A DNA stretch of 64,000 nucleotides from contig OZ024759.1 in the NCBI GenBank assembly GCA_964016885.1, positions 24,552,001-24,616,000 on the forward strand, read 5' to 3'. The position numbers were made by a program, and so were the translations under genes. Below the pieces are notes generated by a model, which saw only the letters and a program-made list of their open reading frames with translations, had not been told where the DNA came from and searched no databases. The stretch is from Eledone cirrhosa (taxonomy: Eukaryota). Positions 29,250-44,157 of the stretch are shown here, one piece after another (positions within the stretch are counted from its first letter, which is position 1; each line of letters starts with the position of its first letter).

Positions 29250-29695
29250 CATATATATATGCTAATAGAATGTAAGTATACTGTATATTTAAGAATCTGA
29301 TTTGGGTGTGTTATTAGTAACAGCGTGGAGATCTTTTGATGTCTGACGATGATGATCATATCCCGAAACGAACGTTTCTGTATACATGGATAACTGATAT
29401 TTGAGAGATCGTTTACAGATACATTTCGGCTATATTACTTTGTTTTTTCGTTTGTTTTTTGTTTTTGCTTTTTTTATTGTTTATATTTTATAATTTATTC
29501 CATCTTATTTTATCTAATTTTATATTTCTATTTTCAATTAATTTTCACGCAAAATGGAACATTCTCAAGAAGACAACCATTTTTACTTTTTATTTATTTA
29601 TTTTTTATTTATTTATTTATTTTTTATTTATTTATTTTTTTATTCTTGTGAAATTTTGGGTTGTGTTTATCATTATTATCACTATCTTCTTCTCG

Positions 29696-29950
29696 TTCTT
29701 CTTCTTCTTCTTCTTCTTCTTCTTCTTCTTCTTCTTCTTCTTCTTCTTCTTCTTCTTCTTCTTCTTCTTCTTCTTCTTCTTCTTCTTCTTCTTCTTCTTC
29801 TAGCATAGTTACGTCCCTTTACGGTTTGAGTTCAAATCCCGTCGAGGTTAACTTTGTCTTTCATCCTTACGGGGTCGATAAAATAAAGTACCAGTAATAC
29901 ACTGGAATAATTGCTGGCCTTGTGCCAATAGTAGAAACAATTATTATTAT
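29696..29950 (+). mobile_element. (TTC)n tract followed by a 5'-truncated SINE (29802-29950)
   Basis: Pure triplet repeat directly abutting SINE consensus sequence. Confidence 0.9.
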
Positions 29951-29999
29951 TTTAAAAAATGAAATCTGAGTAGCTTTCACACATTCAAGCACACACTTC

Positions 30000-30042
<43 letters not shown>

Positions 30043-30192
30043 ACACACAAGTACACATCTATATTTGCACAGAAAAATATATATACCCCTTTACTCACTC
30101 TCACTCCCCACCCCTACAAATGAATCTTTCTTATATTTCAATATGTTATTTCCCACCAAAACATTCTTTATTGACCCCTAAGAATAAATCAC

Positions 30193-30228
<36 letters not shown>

Positions 30229-30939
30229 TTTTTCTTTCTTTCTTTCTTTCTTTCTCACCCTTTTCCTTCATTTTCACACACACTCTCCTTCTCGGTTCCT
30301 TTAAGTGAAATAACAGGTGAAGAGTCCTTTAAATTGAGGGCGAGGTGAAGAACACGTTGTGATGTTGGTGATGGTGATGATGATGATGATTGGGGGGTTG
30401 GTGGTATGGCAGGGAATTTGGTGGAGAAAGATGAGAATATCAAGGAATGATTTTATGATAGTGGTGGTGGTGGTTTGGGGGGGGGGGTCTTGTAGTGATG
30501 GTGGGTGGTGGTGGTTTTGGAGCTTGTAGTGGTGGTGGTAGTGTTTAGGAGGCTTGTAGTGGTGATTCTGGTGGTGTTTGGGGGGTTTATAGTGGTAGTG
30601 GTGGTGGTGATGGTGGTTTTGGAGCTTGTAGTGATGATGGTGGTGGTGGTGGTTTGGGGGCTTATAGTGATAGATTTGGGCTTGTAGTGGTGGTTTTGTT
30701 GATGGGGGATGTGGTGGTGATGATTCTTGTGACAAGCCTCGTCTGCTCTGAGCTCTTATACCGCAGCAGTTTCTTTGGTTGGTCGTCCCTCACCAACTCT
30801 TACTGTCTTTTGCAAGGGTTTCCCAATCTGCCAAGGAACTATTTGTCTTTTGTTCAATGTATTACGAAGAACACTTTATTTCACATTACTCCAGTATACT
30901 CAACTGAGAGTGAATACCAGTAGTACCTGGAGAGGTACT

Positions 30940-31056
30940 TCTGTGGTAGACTGGTGTCCTGTCCAGGGAGAGTCTTGTACTTTCAGTATCTTAATGCCAA
31001 GAAAACCGGCATAAGCACCGACCTGATGACTTTGGGGCTTAAAATAGACTTTAACT
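30940..31056 (+). mobile_element. old V-SINE-like 3' fragment
   Basis: gactggtgtcctgtccagggg...gaaaaccggcataagcaccgacctgatga...agacttta resembles the V-domain SINE body and tail. Confidence 0.45.
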
Positions 31057-31734
31057 ATTGCGAAGATGGACTTTGTATCGCTTCGTCTGACCTCCAGAAG
31101 TCTCCCTTACCGTGCTAAGCTATGGGTGTATCCGAAACGTGCACCACCTATCCAGTTCAAACGCTGTTCAAACATGCACACGCACACACACACATGTACA
31201 CGCACACACATGCCCACGCACACTCATGCAAACGAGCACACATGCCCACGCACGCTCATCCAAACGCACACACATGCCCACGCACACTCATGCAAACGCA
31301 CACACATGTACGCGCGCACAAACATTCACACGAGCATACAAGTACACAATGCACACAAACATGGACACATACACACACATGAACACATAAGTATACGCAT
31401 ACATACACATATATACACATGTACACGCACATAAACACACAGAAATATTCATTAATGATAAATTAGTAGATCCCATTAACACCTCAACCAGCAGACACTG
31501 CATCCCAACACCACCACACCACATCTCAACACCGCCACCACACCTCATCAGCCTACCTTTACACCTCTACCTCCACCCTACTCCACCACCTTCCTATCAC
31601 CTTACCACCCCTATTATTTGGTTGTATTTGACTTAGACTCGTCTGGACAGTTCATCCATCACACATCTTACCTTTGCTCCCCTCGCATTTAAATAGATAA
31701 GACGACAGTGAAATAACTAGAACTTCTAACTCTA

Positions 31735-33590
31735 CTCTCACCATTACCATCATAATTACCATCACCACCACCACCAACACCACCATTACCAACATCACCA
31801 CCACCACCACCACCACCATTACCAACATCACCATTACCAACATCACCATCACCACCACCAACACCATTACCAACATCACCACCATCACCACTACCAACAT
31901 CACCACCATCACCACCATCACCACCACCATTACCAACATAACCATTACCAACATGACCATCACCACCACCAACACCATTACCAACATCACCACCATCACC
32001 ACCGTCACCACCACCATAACCAGCACCACCACCATTACCAACATCACCATTACCAACATCAACACCATCACCACCACCAACACCATTACCAACATCACCA
32101 TTACCAACATCACCATTACCAACATCACCATCACCACCACCACCACCATCACCAACACCATTACCAACATCACCATCACCACCACCATCATTTCCACCAC
32201 TACTATCACCAACATTTTGATCGCAGTCACCATCCTCACCATTGCCATCATAATTACATTCACCACAACCATTAACACCACCACCACAACCACCACTACC
32301 ACCACCACCACAAACACCACCACAACCACTACCACAACCACTACTACCACAACCACTACTATCACCACCACTACTACCAACACCACCACTACCACAACCA
32401 CTACCACAACCACCACTACCACAACCACCACAACCACTACCACAACCACTACTACCACAACCACTACTATCACCACCACTACTACCAACACCACCACTAC
32501 CACAACCACTACCACAACCACCACTACCACAACCACCACAACCACTACCACAACCACCACTACCACAACCACTACTACCACCACTACCACTACCACAAAC
32601 ATAACCACTACTACCAACACCACCAGCACCACAACCACCACTACCACAACCATTACTAACGCAACCACTACTACCACCACCACCACTACCACAACCACTA
32701 CTACCAACACCACCAGCACCACAACCACCACTACCACAACCATTACTAACGCAACCACTACTACCACCACCACCACTACCACTGTTAACATCACCAGCGA
32801 CTGATTGATGTCAACCAGTGAACAGATGGTAGTTTTACCCGCCATTTCACCACCACCATCGCAACCACTACCACCACCACTGCTGCCACCACCACTACGA
32901 CTACCACCACCACCACCACCATCACCACAACCACCACTACCACAACCACTACTACCACCACTACCACTACCACAAACATAACCACTACTACCAACACCAC
33001 CAGCACCACAACCACCACTACCACAACCACTACTAACGCAACCACTACTACCACCACCACCACTACCACAACCACTACTACCAACACCACCAGCACCACA
33101 ACCACCACTACCACAACCACTACTAACGCAACCACTACTACCACCACCACCACTACCACAACCACTACTACCAACACCACCAGCACCACAACCACCACTA
33201 CCACAACCATTACTAACGCAACCACTACTACCACCACCACCACTACCACAACCACTACTACCACCACCACCACTACCACTGTTAACATCACCAGCGACTG
33301 ATTGATGTCAACCAGTGAACAGATGGTAGTTTTACCCGCCATTTCACCACCACCATCGCAACCACTACCACCACCACTGCTGCCACCACCACTACGACTA
33401 CCACCACCACCACCACCACCATCACCACAACCACCACTACCACCACCAACATCACCACCACCACCACCACTATCACCACCACAACCACCATTACCACCAC
33501 CACAACCACAACCACCACCACAACCACTACCACCACTACCACCAGCACAACCACTACCACCACCACAACCACTACCACCACCATCATCAC
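31735..33590. repeat. (ACC)-rich cryptic trinucleotide satellite with a ~497-bp tandem duplication
   Basis: The non-repetitive block gttaacatcaccagcgactgattgatgtcaaccagtgaacagatggtagttttacccgcc occurs at 32784 and 33281. Confidence 0.9.
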
Positions 33591-33880
33591 ATCACACTCT
33601 AACATGAACCATCGAACACGTGTTTGATTGAGGTTAATCGAAATATGATTGAATTATCTTTGACTTTACGAAAAATTAACAGTTTCAGCCTCCATTGACC
33701 CCCCCCCCCCCACACACACACACCCACACCCACACCCACACCCACACACACCCCACCCCATTTCCACGACATCGACGAACACCGCCCCCTACCTCCAACA
33801 CCACCGCCACCACTATTATCTACACCACAGACTCTACTACCATCACCACTACCATCATCATTATTATCATCATCACTTTA

Positions 33881-34005
33881 TGATCTGAGTTCAAATCCCG
33901 CCGAGGTTAACTTTGCCTTTTATCCATACGGGGTCGATAAAATAAAGTACCAGTAATGCACTGGGTAATTTGCTGGCCTTGTGCCTAACGTAGAAACAAC
34001 TATTA
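33881..34005 (+). mobile_element. 5'-truncated tRNA-derived SINE
   Basis: Matches the consensus from the B box to the tail. Confidence 0.85.
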
Positions 34006-34790
34006 TCATCATCACTTGCACAACCCTCAAAACACCATCAACACCACAAATATCAAATCTACCTCTGCCCTCCTCACCACCACTACCTTCCACACCACCA
34101 CCTTCCTCATCACCTCCACCAACACCACCACCACCACCACCTTACTCACCAACAACAACAACAACACTACCACCACAACTATAACCATACGGCTTTTAAA
34201 GCACACAACAAAAAAAAAAAATAGAAATGAGAACAAAGAAGTTAATGTAATTTTCGAGAGTCAATTCCACAAAGCTGTGGTCAGTTTTGTGACATTGGTT
34301 CAATATTACCGGGACTTGACTGTTTATCTTGTGGTCACCCGTTTATTTATTTATTATTTATCATATTTCTACTAGGCATCATCATCATCATCATCACTAA
34401 CACCATTCATATCACCACTACCACCACCATCACCACCACCACTCACTTTATCACCACCATCATTATCATCATCATCATCACTTCTGTTACCGCTACCACT
34501 ATCCTTACCATTACCATTACTACTACCACCAACACCACCACCACCACTATCCTTACCATTACTACTACCACCACCATCACCACTATCCTTACCATTACTA
34601 CTACCACCCACCAACACCACTATCCTTACCATTACTACCACCACCAACACCACCACCACTATCCTTACCATTACTACTACCACCACCAACACCACCACCA
34701 ACACCACCACCACCACCACCACTACCCTTACCATTACTACTACCACCACCAATACTTTACTAATTTGGGGCCTAAATGTATAGCTATTGT

Positions 34791-35003
34791 TGGATTGGCA
34801 GTATCGGTAGAGCGTCTGACACAATGCTTTGCAGCATAGAATTATGGCCCTTACGTTCTGATTTCAAATTCTGCCGAGGTTAGCTTTGCCTTTCATCCTT
34901 ACGTGGTCATAAAATAAAGTACCAGTAGCATACTGGGGTTGGTTTAATCGATTTTTCCTTCTTCCTAAATGGATGTCTTTGTGCCTAAATCAGAAACCAT
35001 TAA
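34791..35003 (+). mobile_element. tRNA-derived SINE (longer subfamily)
   Basis: ggattggcagtatcggtagag head through the gtgcctaaatcagaaaccatt tail. Confidence 0.85.
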
Positions 35004-35384
35004 TTTTACTTAAAACTATGTTAGTATTAATTTTACTTAAAACTATATTAATATTAATTTTACTTAAAACTATGTTAGTATGTTTTTACTTAAAACTAAG
35101 TTAGTGTTAATTTTACTTCAAACTATGTTAGTATCAATTTTACTTAAAACTATGTTAATTTAATTTTACTTAAAACTATGTTAATATTAATTTTACTTAA
35201 AACTATGTTGGTATTAATTTTACTTAAAACTATGTTGGTATTAATTTTACTTAAAACTATGTTGGTATTAATTTTACTTAAAACTATGTTGGTATTAATT
35301 TTACTTAAAACTATGTTGGTATTAATTTTACTTAAAACTATGTTGGTATTAATTTTACTTAAAACTATGTTGGTATGTTTTTAC
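35000..35384. repeat. 27-bp minisatellite, ~14 copies
   Basis: Unit ttaattttacttaaaactatgttggta, starting at the SINE tail. Confidence 0.95.
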
Positions 35385-36261
35385 AGGAATGTCAATAGTA
35401 AGGAACAATCGATTATATTGACCAGTTAGTGAGTTAATTTCTTATGTACTTTATGGGGCATTACGTCCTCTACCATAGTCCTCGACACGGTTTTAACAGG
35501 TCTTACTAGCCTCTGAGATTCACCCTTCTCCTAGTTATACCCGTGAAATGCTATCACTAGTTTCTATTCGTGGGCATGTGCAGCAAATGATCAAGCATCT
35601 ACCATCACCTAACTGTGATGGTATCACAGAGCCTTCTTAGACCAACCTCGCCATTGGTGATGTGGTAACGCCGAAATATTCTTAAAGGTATAATTATCTA
35701 TATGTCGCAAACATATCGTTAATTAAATTTTCTGGTTTATCTCCCCTGCCTGTCTTGACCAGAATTAGTCATAAAGATAATGATTTCGTCGTTTGTGAAT
35801 CAAGTGCAACTATAAAATTGCCTTCAATTTCTAAATAAATGACAATTAATAGGAGTTTTGTTTATTGCTGAAGCGCTCTACATAAAATATTTAAGCAATT
35901 AATAATACATTTTATAGGAACCATCAACAGTATCTTTTTCATTGAAGGATTTAATAATTATCATTTTTTTTATTTATTTGATCAATTAAAAGTATCGTTT
36001 TCATTGGGCGGTTGTACATAATTTATTAACTGGGTGTGAACTTATTTAATTTCATATTAACTGAGAATCACTTATTGAAAATTTATAACTACAAATGACT
36101 TTACATTGTAATTTTGATATGGAATCCATGTAACTTTTCAGTATGGGCCCGTAACTCCTGATGGAGTCGTGGGAGGGGCGGCTTCGTGACATACGACATA
36201 TATTGGGCATTTTAAACCTGGTAGAACCCACCCATCCTCTACAGTTCAAAACACAACTGAT

Positions 36262-36817
36262 TTCTTCTTCTTCTTCTTCTTCTTCTTCTTCTTCTTCTTC
36301 TTCTTCTTCTTCTTCTTCGTCTTCTTCTTCTTCTTCTTCTTCTTCTTCTTCTTCTTCTTCTTCTTCTTCTTCGTCTTCTTCTTCGTCTTCTTCTTCTTCG
36401 TCTTCTTCTTCGTCTTCTTCTTCGTCTTCTTCTTCTTCGTCTTCTTCTTCGTCTTCTTCTTCTTCGTCTTCTTCTTCGTCTTCTTCTTCGTCTTCTTCTC
36501 TTCTTCTTCTTCTTCGTCTTCTTCTTCTTCTTCTTCTTCTTCTTCTTCGTCTTCTTCTTCTTCTTCTTCTTCGTCTTCGTCTTCTTCTTCTTCTTCTTCT
36601 TCTTCGTCTTCTTCGTCTTCTTCTTCGTCTTCTTCTTCTTCTTCGTCTTCTTCTTCGTCTTCTTCTTCTTCTTCTTATTCTTCTTCTTCTTCTTCTTCTT
36701 CTTCTTCGTCTTCTTCTTCTTCTTCTTCTTCTTCTTCTTCTTCTTCTTCTTCTTCTTCTTCTTCTTCTTCTTCTTCGTCTTCTTCGTCTTCTTCTTCGTC
36801 TTCTTCTTCGTCTTATT
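36262..36817. repeat. (TTC)n/(TCG) trinucleotide array
   Basis: Direct observation; source of the poly-S/L/K/R ORFs. Confidence 0.95.
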
Positions 36818-36944
36818 CAGAGAGAGAGATGAGGTTGGGAGGAGAATTGACACCAGTACTGAGTTGGTTCTTCTTTTATCGACCTCGAAAAGATGAAAGC
36901 CAACCATGCAACCCGTAAATATGTAGAAACAAAATTTTAACGAA

Positions 36945-37398
36945 ACAAAATATTTGCTCTCCGGGTTTTTATAAATATATATTTTATATATATATGATAT
37001 TAAATAAATGGAAACTATATTTATAAAACCATATTTATTTCGTTATATATATTTCAGGGATATCATATTAACAATATGTTATGCCTTCTTCAGACAAAAT
37101 ACAATATAAACAGTCTTATAAATAAATAGATACGACATGCCTTTCAATCACCTTGCACTTGTTGAGTGCTTTTATATCAGTTATAAATATTTACTCGTTG
37201 TTAACCCAACAATTTAAATATAACTTTCCATGTATTTTATATATATAGATATATAATTCTTATCGAGCCCTCTTCGGATATATATTACAGAGTAGGGCTA
37301 GATTGATACAGATCGAAATTGAGCTGATCAATAGCGAACGCGCGTCACCAATCAATAAACGCAATGAAGGAGTAACCATTCGTCCTTGTTTTATTATA
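36945..37398. mobile_element. chimeric cluster of family D, C and E fragments
   Basis: Sequential similarity to 8940-8975, 8246-8400/8665-8735, 8975-9005 and 17410-17520. Confidence 0.65.
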
Positions 37399-37421
37399 TA
37401 TATATATATATATATATATGT

Positions 37422-37455
<34 letters not shown>

Positions 37456-38622
37456 CGTGGTACACTAAACAGGTTTTGAGACTTTTATCAGAGAGACATT
37501 TATTTAACTGAGATCACTCCCTCAAAGTATATTCTTCTATATCTGTTAGACACGCAGTGACTAACAACAGAATGTTTTAGTATGCGTGTCTTGACATATA
37601 TGTGTAGCTTGTGAATAAAAAATATTTTGTAATGTATCGTCTTATAGGCTAATTTCTTCGTCTTATTGGCTAATCAACCAACGAGAGTAATTGTTGCTCA
37701 AAAGCATCCGCCATTTTGTTAGCACGTTTACTTAGGTTTTCGCTTTCAAATCTTCCTCCTGTATTTCGTCGTGTATCAACAAAATATTTTTCTCGTTTTG
37801 GTAAGTTATATTATTAATTTATATATGATTTTTTAAATTTATATTGACTATTTTTTTTTAAGTTCGTTTGGATTTATTCTGTAGTATACTGTACTGTACC
37901 AAGGTACAATTTGTTCTTTCTGTACTATACTGTACTTTACCAAGGCACAATTTTTTTCTTTCTGTACTATACTTTAGTACAGTACAGTACAGTACACACT
38001 GGTACAGTACAGAAATCTTGATAGAGTTTACAACACTGTATTCATGGCTATCTTTGTATCTTGTTCCTCTTTATATAATGCAATGGCATATAGGCAGGGT
38101 TCGAAATGTAATACAAACTGCACTTTCTTTGTAAAATTTTGTAAAAATAATTTTTGTATGTAATATTTAATTTTTATTAATTCAACTGTAACAATTATTA
38201 TGTAAAATATATTTATTTAATATTGATTGTTTTTTGTAGTTGTTTATATTAAAAGTCTGAAAATATTTTTATACATCTTACAATAATATTTATAAGATCA
38301 TTCATAATAACAATTATATAATCTAATTACATTACAACGATAATTTATTACTAATATATATATCATGTTTAACTAGAGTTATTACAAGCGTTGCCTTTAA
38401 AAAATATTAAACTAGACCTGAAAAATGCGCAAGCTCAAAAGAGCCACAGAATATTATAATAAACCTTCAAAAGTGTGGGACTAGAGTTGTTGCTCAAAAA
38501 TATTGTAATCATTATCTATCGTACATTCAGTGGCATCCTTTATAAAAAATAACAATAAATACATCTATGTTTAATATAATAACAGCTATAAATAATTACG
38601 TAATATTATTATCATATACTCG

Positions 38623-38810
38623 GTGGATTAGCAGTATCGGTAGAGGGTCGTACTCCATGCTTTCCAGCATAGTTACGTCCCTTTACGATCTGAGTTCAAA
38701 TCCCGCCGAGGTTGACTTTGCCTTTCATCCTTACGGGGTCAATAAAATAAAGTATCAGTAATGCACTGGGTAATTGCTGGCCTTGTGCCTAAAGTAGAAA
38801 CAATTATTAT
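38623..38810 (+). mobile_element. tRNA-derived SINE nested in the TIR element
   Basis: Full consensus match; flanked by a duplicated ttattatcatatactc (38605-38620 and 38804-38819), a likely TSD. Confidence 0.9.
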
Positions 38811-39160
38811 CATATACTCATAGTAACAAAATAATTGTGTTGAAAATTAATATGATGCTTATATGAACGATCAAATATATAATGATAATTTTATAAATAT
38901 ACTAATATTAAAATAATTTAGTTATATATTGTTACATTTTCATCGAACTATAACATTAACAATCGTATTGTGTCATCAAATTTTTATCACTGCAAACTTT
39001 CATATTGGAATTACCTTAAGCCACTTATCATTACTTCGCTTTCGTACTTTTACACATGTAGATATTCGGCTGTATCTTATATCTAATATCATGATCTTAT
39101 GGTAATTTGCATGCAGTGTAAAATAGGTTTATTAATAACTTTAATATGAAATGTATTATA

Positions 39161-39248
39161 CAGGGTTGCGGAGTCAGCCAAAAATTGACTGGTTCCAACT
39201 CAGGATCCGATACTCCATTATTTCCTAAATTTCGGCTCCGCAGCCCTG
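39161..39248. mobile_element. 88-bp hAT-type mini element
   Basis: TIRs cagggttgcggagtc / ggctccgcagccctg; 8-bp TSD gtattata / ttattata. Confidence 0.7.
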
Positions 39249-40339
39249 TTATTATAATAATTTATTTATTTTATAGTTGTAAATCATATTTTTATATGTT
39301 ACACTCTAAGAATGAACTAAATGAAATAGTGTAAAAAGAAAGGCATCGTTGGTTTAAGCTAATGTTCAATATCTCATATTAGATGTTTAGTAATGATTAA
39401 TACGAAATGCACTTAAACCGAATTCTATATTATAAATTCACTTAAATAATTATCGTGTCGTCTTGAGTTCGTTATGAGTCTCTTTTTTATAAAAGGATGC
39501 CATAGAGTGTACGATAGATAATGATTACAATATGTTTTAGCAACAACTCTAATCCCACACATTTGAAGGTTTATTATAACATTATGTGGCTCTTTTGAGC
39601 TGGTGCATTTTTCAGGTCTATTGTATGTATACTTATATACGCAAAACTATATTTAGAGAAACCTTATGTGTGTGTGGTGTATAGATTGATTGCTGTTCGT
39701 GTGTATGTATGTGTATACGTATTAATGTATACGTGTGTATTAGTATGTATTCGTTGCTTCTTATATAAACTAATATTAGATTTTAAATTTGCAAGCGAGC
39801 TAATAAGATTCCCTCCTTCCTTCTCTTTACTACTTCCCACCCCTAAAGATCTTTCTCATTACATGAGAAATCTCTTGATCTTTAAACCCTGAAATCATTT
39901 ATATTTAAGATGTTTATTCAAGACTTGGTCCGCTTAAAATACAATTTGTTTTGCTGGTTGCTTTATTAAGTGAGGTGTCAGTAATATGATACCAGGGCAT
40001 GTCACAATATACTATTTACAAGCATTGTTAAACTTTGGCTTCGAAATTCCTCTAAACGATGCCATGATAAGAATGAAAATAAGCAAAATATGATATTAAA
40101 GAAAACGACGAAAGAGCCATTTATTGTACACTATTATTGTGTGCTTTTTTCTTTCTTTTCTGCTTGTTTTTCTTTGCTTTCTTTCTTCCTCTTGAGCGGA
40201 AGTATAATAAAGAATGTTTGTTAACAGCGAAATTGCTAGCGATAATATGTCGGACAAGTCAAGCGTTTCAAAAATGGCGTCACACTGCGCTTCAGTTTCG
40301 GCTTATTAGTTCGTTAATCACTCTTATCTGTATACTGAA

Positions 40340-40394
<55 letters not shown>

Positions 40395-40594
40395 ATTATA
40401 TATATATATCATATATATTTCATATATATATATTATATATATATATCATATTTATATTATATATATATATTCCCTGTGCTTCTGTATTGTGTTTAGATTT
40501 GTTGTTTGTGTTTCTTATCTCTTTTTTCTGTCTCTCATTAACACGGACAGCTCATCTCATACGACGAACGCAATAGCTATAAGGTTATTATTTA

Positions 40595-40679
<85 letters not shown>

Positions 40680-40690
40680 AAAGAAACATA

Positions 40691-40775
<85 letters not shown>

Positions 40776-41839
40776 CTTGTTTTTCTTCTTTTGGTCACTC
40801 AACGATGGAATACGTAAGTGGTGGTCGCTTGTGAAGGAGACGGCGCCATTTCACAAGCAGATAGCTATCGTTATCCAGCGTAAAGGAGGCAAATGAAATA
40901 GAGGATATGTGTGTGAAATGGAAAGACAATAAATGGTTATAAAACAAATGGTGCTATTGGTGAACCTGTGTGAAAGAGAGAGAAAAGTAAAAAAAAAAAA
41001 AACTGCCATCAAATCAGTGATTCTCAACTAACGAGTTGCACTTGGCTCACATGAGAAGAATTTCAAATCCCAGAAGAAGAATTTTGTCCCAGAAAGGGAT
41101 TGAGAAATAATACAAACTCGGAAGTAATAGTGTACATTGTGAGAATATTTCAAATTGAGTTACCAATATACCCGACTGTAACGCAGATCTCGAATTAAGA
41201 GTTCACAAGGAGAAAAAGAAAACTGCTGCTCCAGACTTAATTTAGGTTGGAACGATACATATATTGAAGTTTGAAAAGCTTATTCGCTTTGATATGGTGC
41301 TTGGGTGAGAGATTACTTGATGACAACTCAATAGGGGGTGGAATATAGGAAACCTGGGATTGCAAGGGGAGGAATAGGATTTGTGACTGTGAGAACTAGA
41401 CAATGCGGTTACTGTGGACTGAAAAGCTTGCTCTTGGGAATATGGTGTTCACCTGAAAAGTTACTAAATGCTAATTCTTAATTATCATCTAGTAATTAGG
41501 AAATTAGAAAACCAGGGGTTGTAATTGGGTGGTGGGAGTGACCTGGGTCTCCGAAAACTATTGGACTACATGAAGGACAACAGACAATATTTTCTGCTTT
41601 CACTAAAACATATTGAAAATCTTTACTGGTTCATGTTCGGTACTAACTTAACAGCTTTTAGTGTAGGTGCCATGGGGTTGGAATTTCCCTCTATCCATAT
41701 AACCAGTGGTGTGCTGGGGGTTACCACCACTGGCGCAAACAATAGAGTGTTGGCTCTATTGTCAGATTTGCCCTGTTTCGGTGTCGGAGACATTTATCTG
41801 GAAGTTGTCCAATCCACTGAGCTATCTGAATATCATATA

Positions 41840-41975
41840 CAGGTAAAATTTCGTCATATCGTATACCATTATAACGAATTTTTCAGTATAACGAAATATT
41901 TTTCAATCCCGGCCAAAGGCTCAATGTGTTAGGTCGATCTCGTTATTAAGAACTTTTCGTTATAATGAATTTTTT
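41840..41975 (+). mobile_element. Tigger/pogo-like terminal fragment
   Basis: ta-caggtaaaatttcgtcata start with repeated cgttataacg-like subterminal motifs. Confidence 0.4.
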
Positions 41976-42203
41976 TATACCGTTTTTTTTTTTAGAACGT
42001 TTGCGGTAGTCGTTCCTGCTCACTGCTCTCTTGCTTTCTGAGTTCAAATCCCAGCATGGTCAACTTTGCCTTTCCTTCTTTCGAGGTTGATAAATGAAGT
42101 GTCAGTCTAGCACAGTGATCGATTCTTCCTCTATATCTCTTTCTCACTTTCTATCCACTCGTACATAAAACATGCCTCGGTTTATAATATATAGGTGTGA
42201 ACA

Positions 42204-42268
<65 letters not shown>

Positions 42269-42429
42269 GAGAGAGAGAGAGACAGACAGAGAGAGAGAGA
42301 GTCTTATTTCTCCCGGTATACGTCCTACGGTATATAATATCGCTTATTATTCTTATAAAAAAAAACAATAATGACAGAGCTGTCCGTGGTAACAAGCGCT
42401 GGAGACTGATATCCTGATATATATCCAGT

Positions 42430-42509
<80 letters not shown>

Positions 42510-42562
42510 ACATAGATATATAAATATGTACATATATATGTATATAAATATGTATATATATA

Positions 42563-42612
<50 letters not shown>

Positions 42613-42636
42613 TATATGTATATGCATGTATATATG

Positions 42637-42691
<55 letters not shown>

Positions 42692-42959
42692 ATAACTATA
42701 TATATATATATGCAGAGGTTATATTTAATTTGTTGGGATTCAACAAGCTTAAATATATATACATATATATACATATATACACACATATATATATATACAC
42801 ATATATATATATACATATATCCACACACACATATATATATATACATATATATATATATACATATATATATACATATATATATATACATATATATGTACAT
42901 ATATATATATGTACATATATATATATAGATACATATATATATGCATATACATATATGTG

Positions 42960-43043
<84 letters not shown>

Positions 43044-43382
43044 TACACAGCGAACGAGGAAAGAAGGAATGGTATGAAAGGTTTAAGGAAAGAAAACATC
43101 CATTTTATTTTTTTTTTTTGGGGGGGGGGGGTCGCCGTTCCTTTTTGCCATCTGGTTGTCATAAAAACTACGAAGCATCAGCGACGATATTCATTGGTTA
43201 AATACATAGCGGGTGTTTAAGATGGCCGACCGCGGCTAAATATTTTTATTGTGTACTTACTTCATTCATCTATTATCTGGAGACAACGTTGTCAGTCAAA
43301 GAAAATACATAAATTTGGATTGCTCTCCACTCTTTTTAAAATGATATATCAAATAAACGCATGATTCACGCCCACAATGTGT

Positions 43383-43447
<65 letters not shown>

Positions 43448-43513
43448 GTGAACTTATTATATATATGTATGTATGTATATATATATAAATATATATATAC
43501 ATATATATATATA

Positions 43514-43602
<89 letters not shown>

Positions 43603-43660
43603 ATATATATATATGTGTATGTATATATACATATATATATATATGTATGCATACATACAT

Positions 43661-43754
<94 letters not shown>

Positions 43755-43957
43755 ATGTATACGACAGCACACATTGCATCGTTAATATGGAGTTAGACTT
43801 GGTGGTGGTGGTGGGTTATATCACAGAAATGGTGCATTTATAGGGTTTTTTTTATTTTTGAGGAAGAAATTTCCAGCTATTTCTATAAAACTCTTCCTAG
43901 AAATTCAACAAAGACACCAGCTGCAACGGTTATTAAAACACATGGAATATTATTCTA

Positions 43958-44157
43958 GCCTCGGCGGGATTTGAACTCAGAACGTCAAGAGTTACGGCCC
44001 TTTACGTTCTGAGTTCAAATCCCACAGAGGTTAGCCTTGCCTTTCATCCTTACGGCGTCGATAAAATAAAGTACCAGTAATGCACTGGGATCGATTTAAT
44101 CGACTTTCCCTTTCCCTTCATATTACTGGCCTTGTTCCTAAAGAAGAAATAATTATT
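43958..44157 (+). mobile_element. SINE with 5' inversion
   Basis: cctcggcgggatttgaactcagaacgt (minus) directly precedes acgttctgagttcaaatcccacagagg (plus) and the rest of the SINE. Confidence 0.8.

Larger units (their letters stand above)
38413..39620. mobile_element. non-autonomous DNA transposon with ~135-bp TIRs and nested insertions
   Basis: tagacctgaaaaatgc...ggcatcctttataaaaaa (38413-38549) is the inverted match of 39484-39620; AT-rich interior. Confidence 0.8.

Noticed and set aside
31652-33607. Mucin-like Thr-rich, poly-Val and Pro-rich ORFs
   Set aside because: ACC triplet satellite open in several frames on both strands, with no signal peptide, splice context or non-repetitive domain
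35000-35384. CRISPR-like regular repeat
   Set aside because: Head-to-tail units without unique spacers, in a eukaryotic context with no cas genes; the same applies to the 96-bp array at 45046
36161-36907. Poly-Ser/Leu and poly-Lys/Arg ORFs
   Set aside because: (TTC)n array
37453-38135. Possible Tigger/pogo-like remnant with tacagta-rich motifs
   Set aside because: No clear TIR pair or transposase translation
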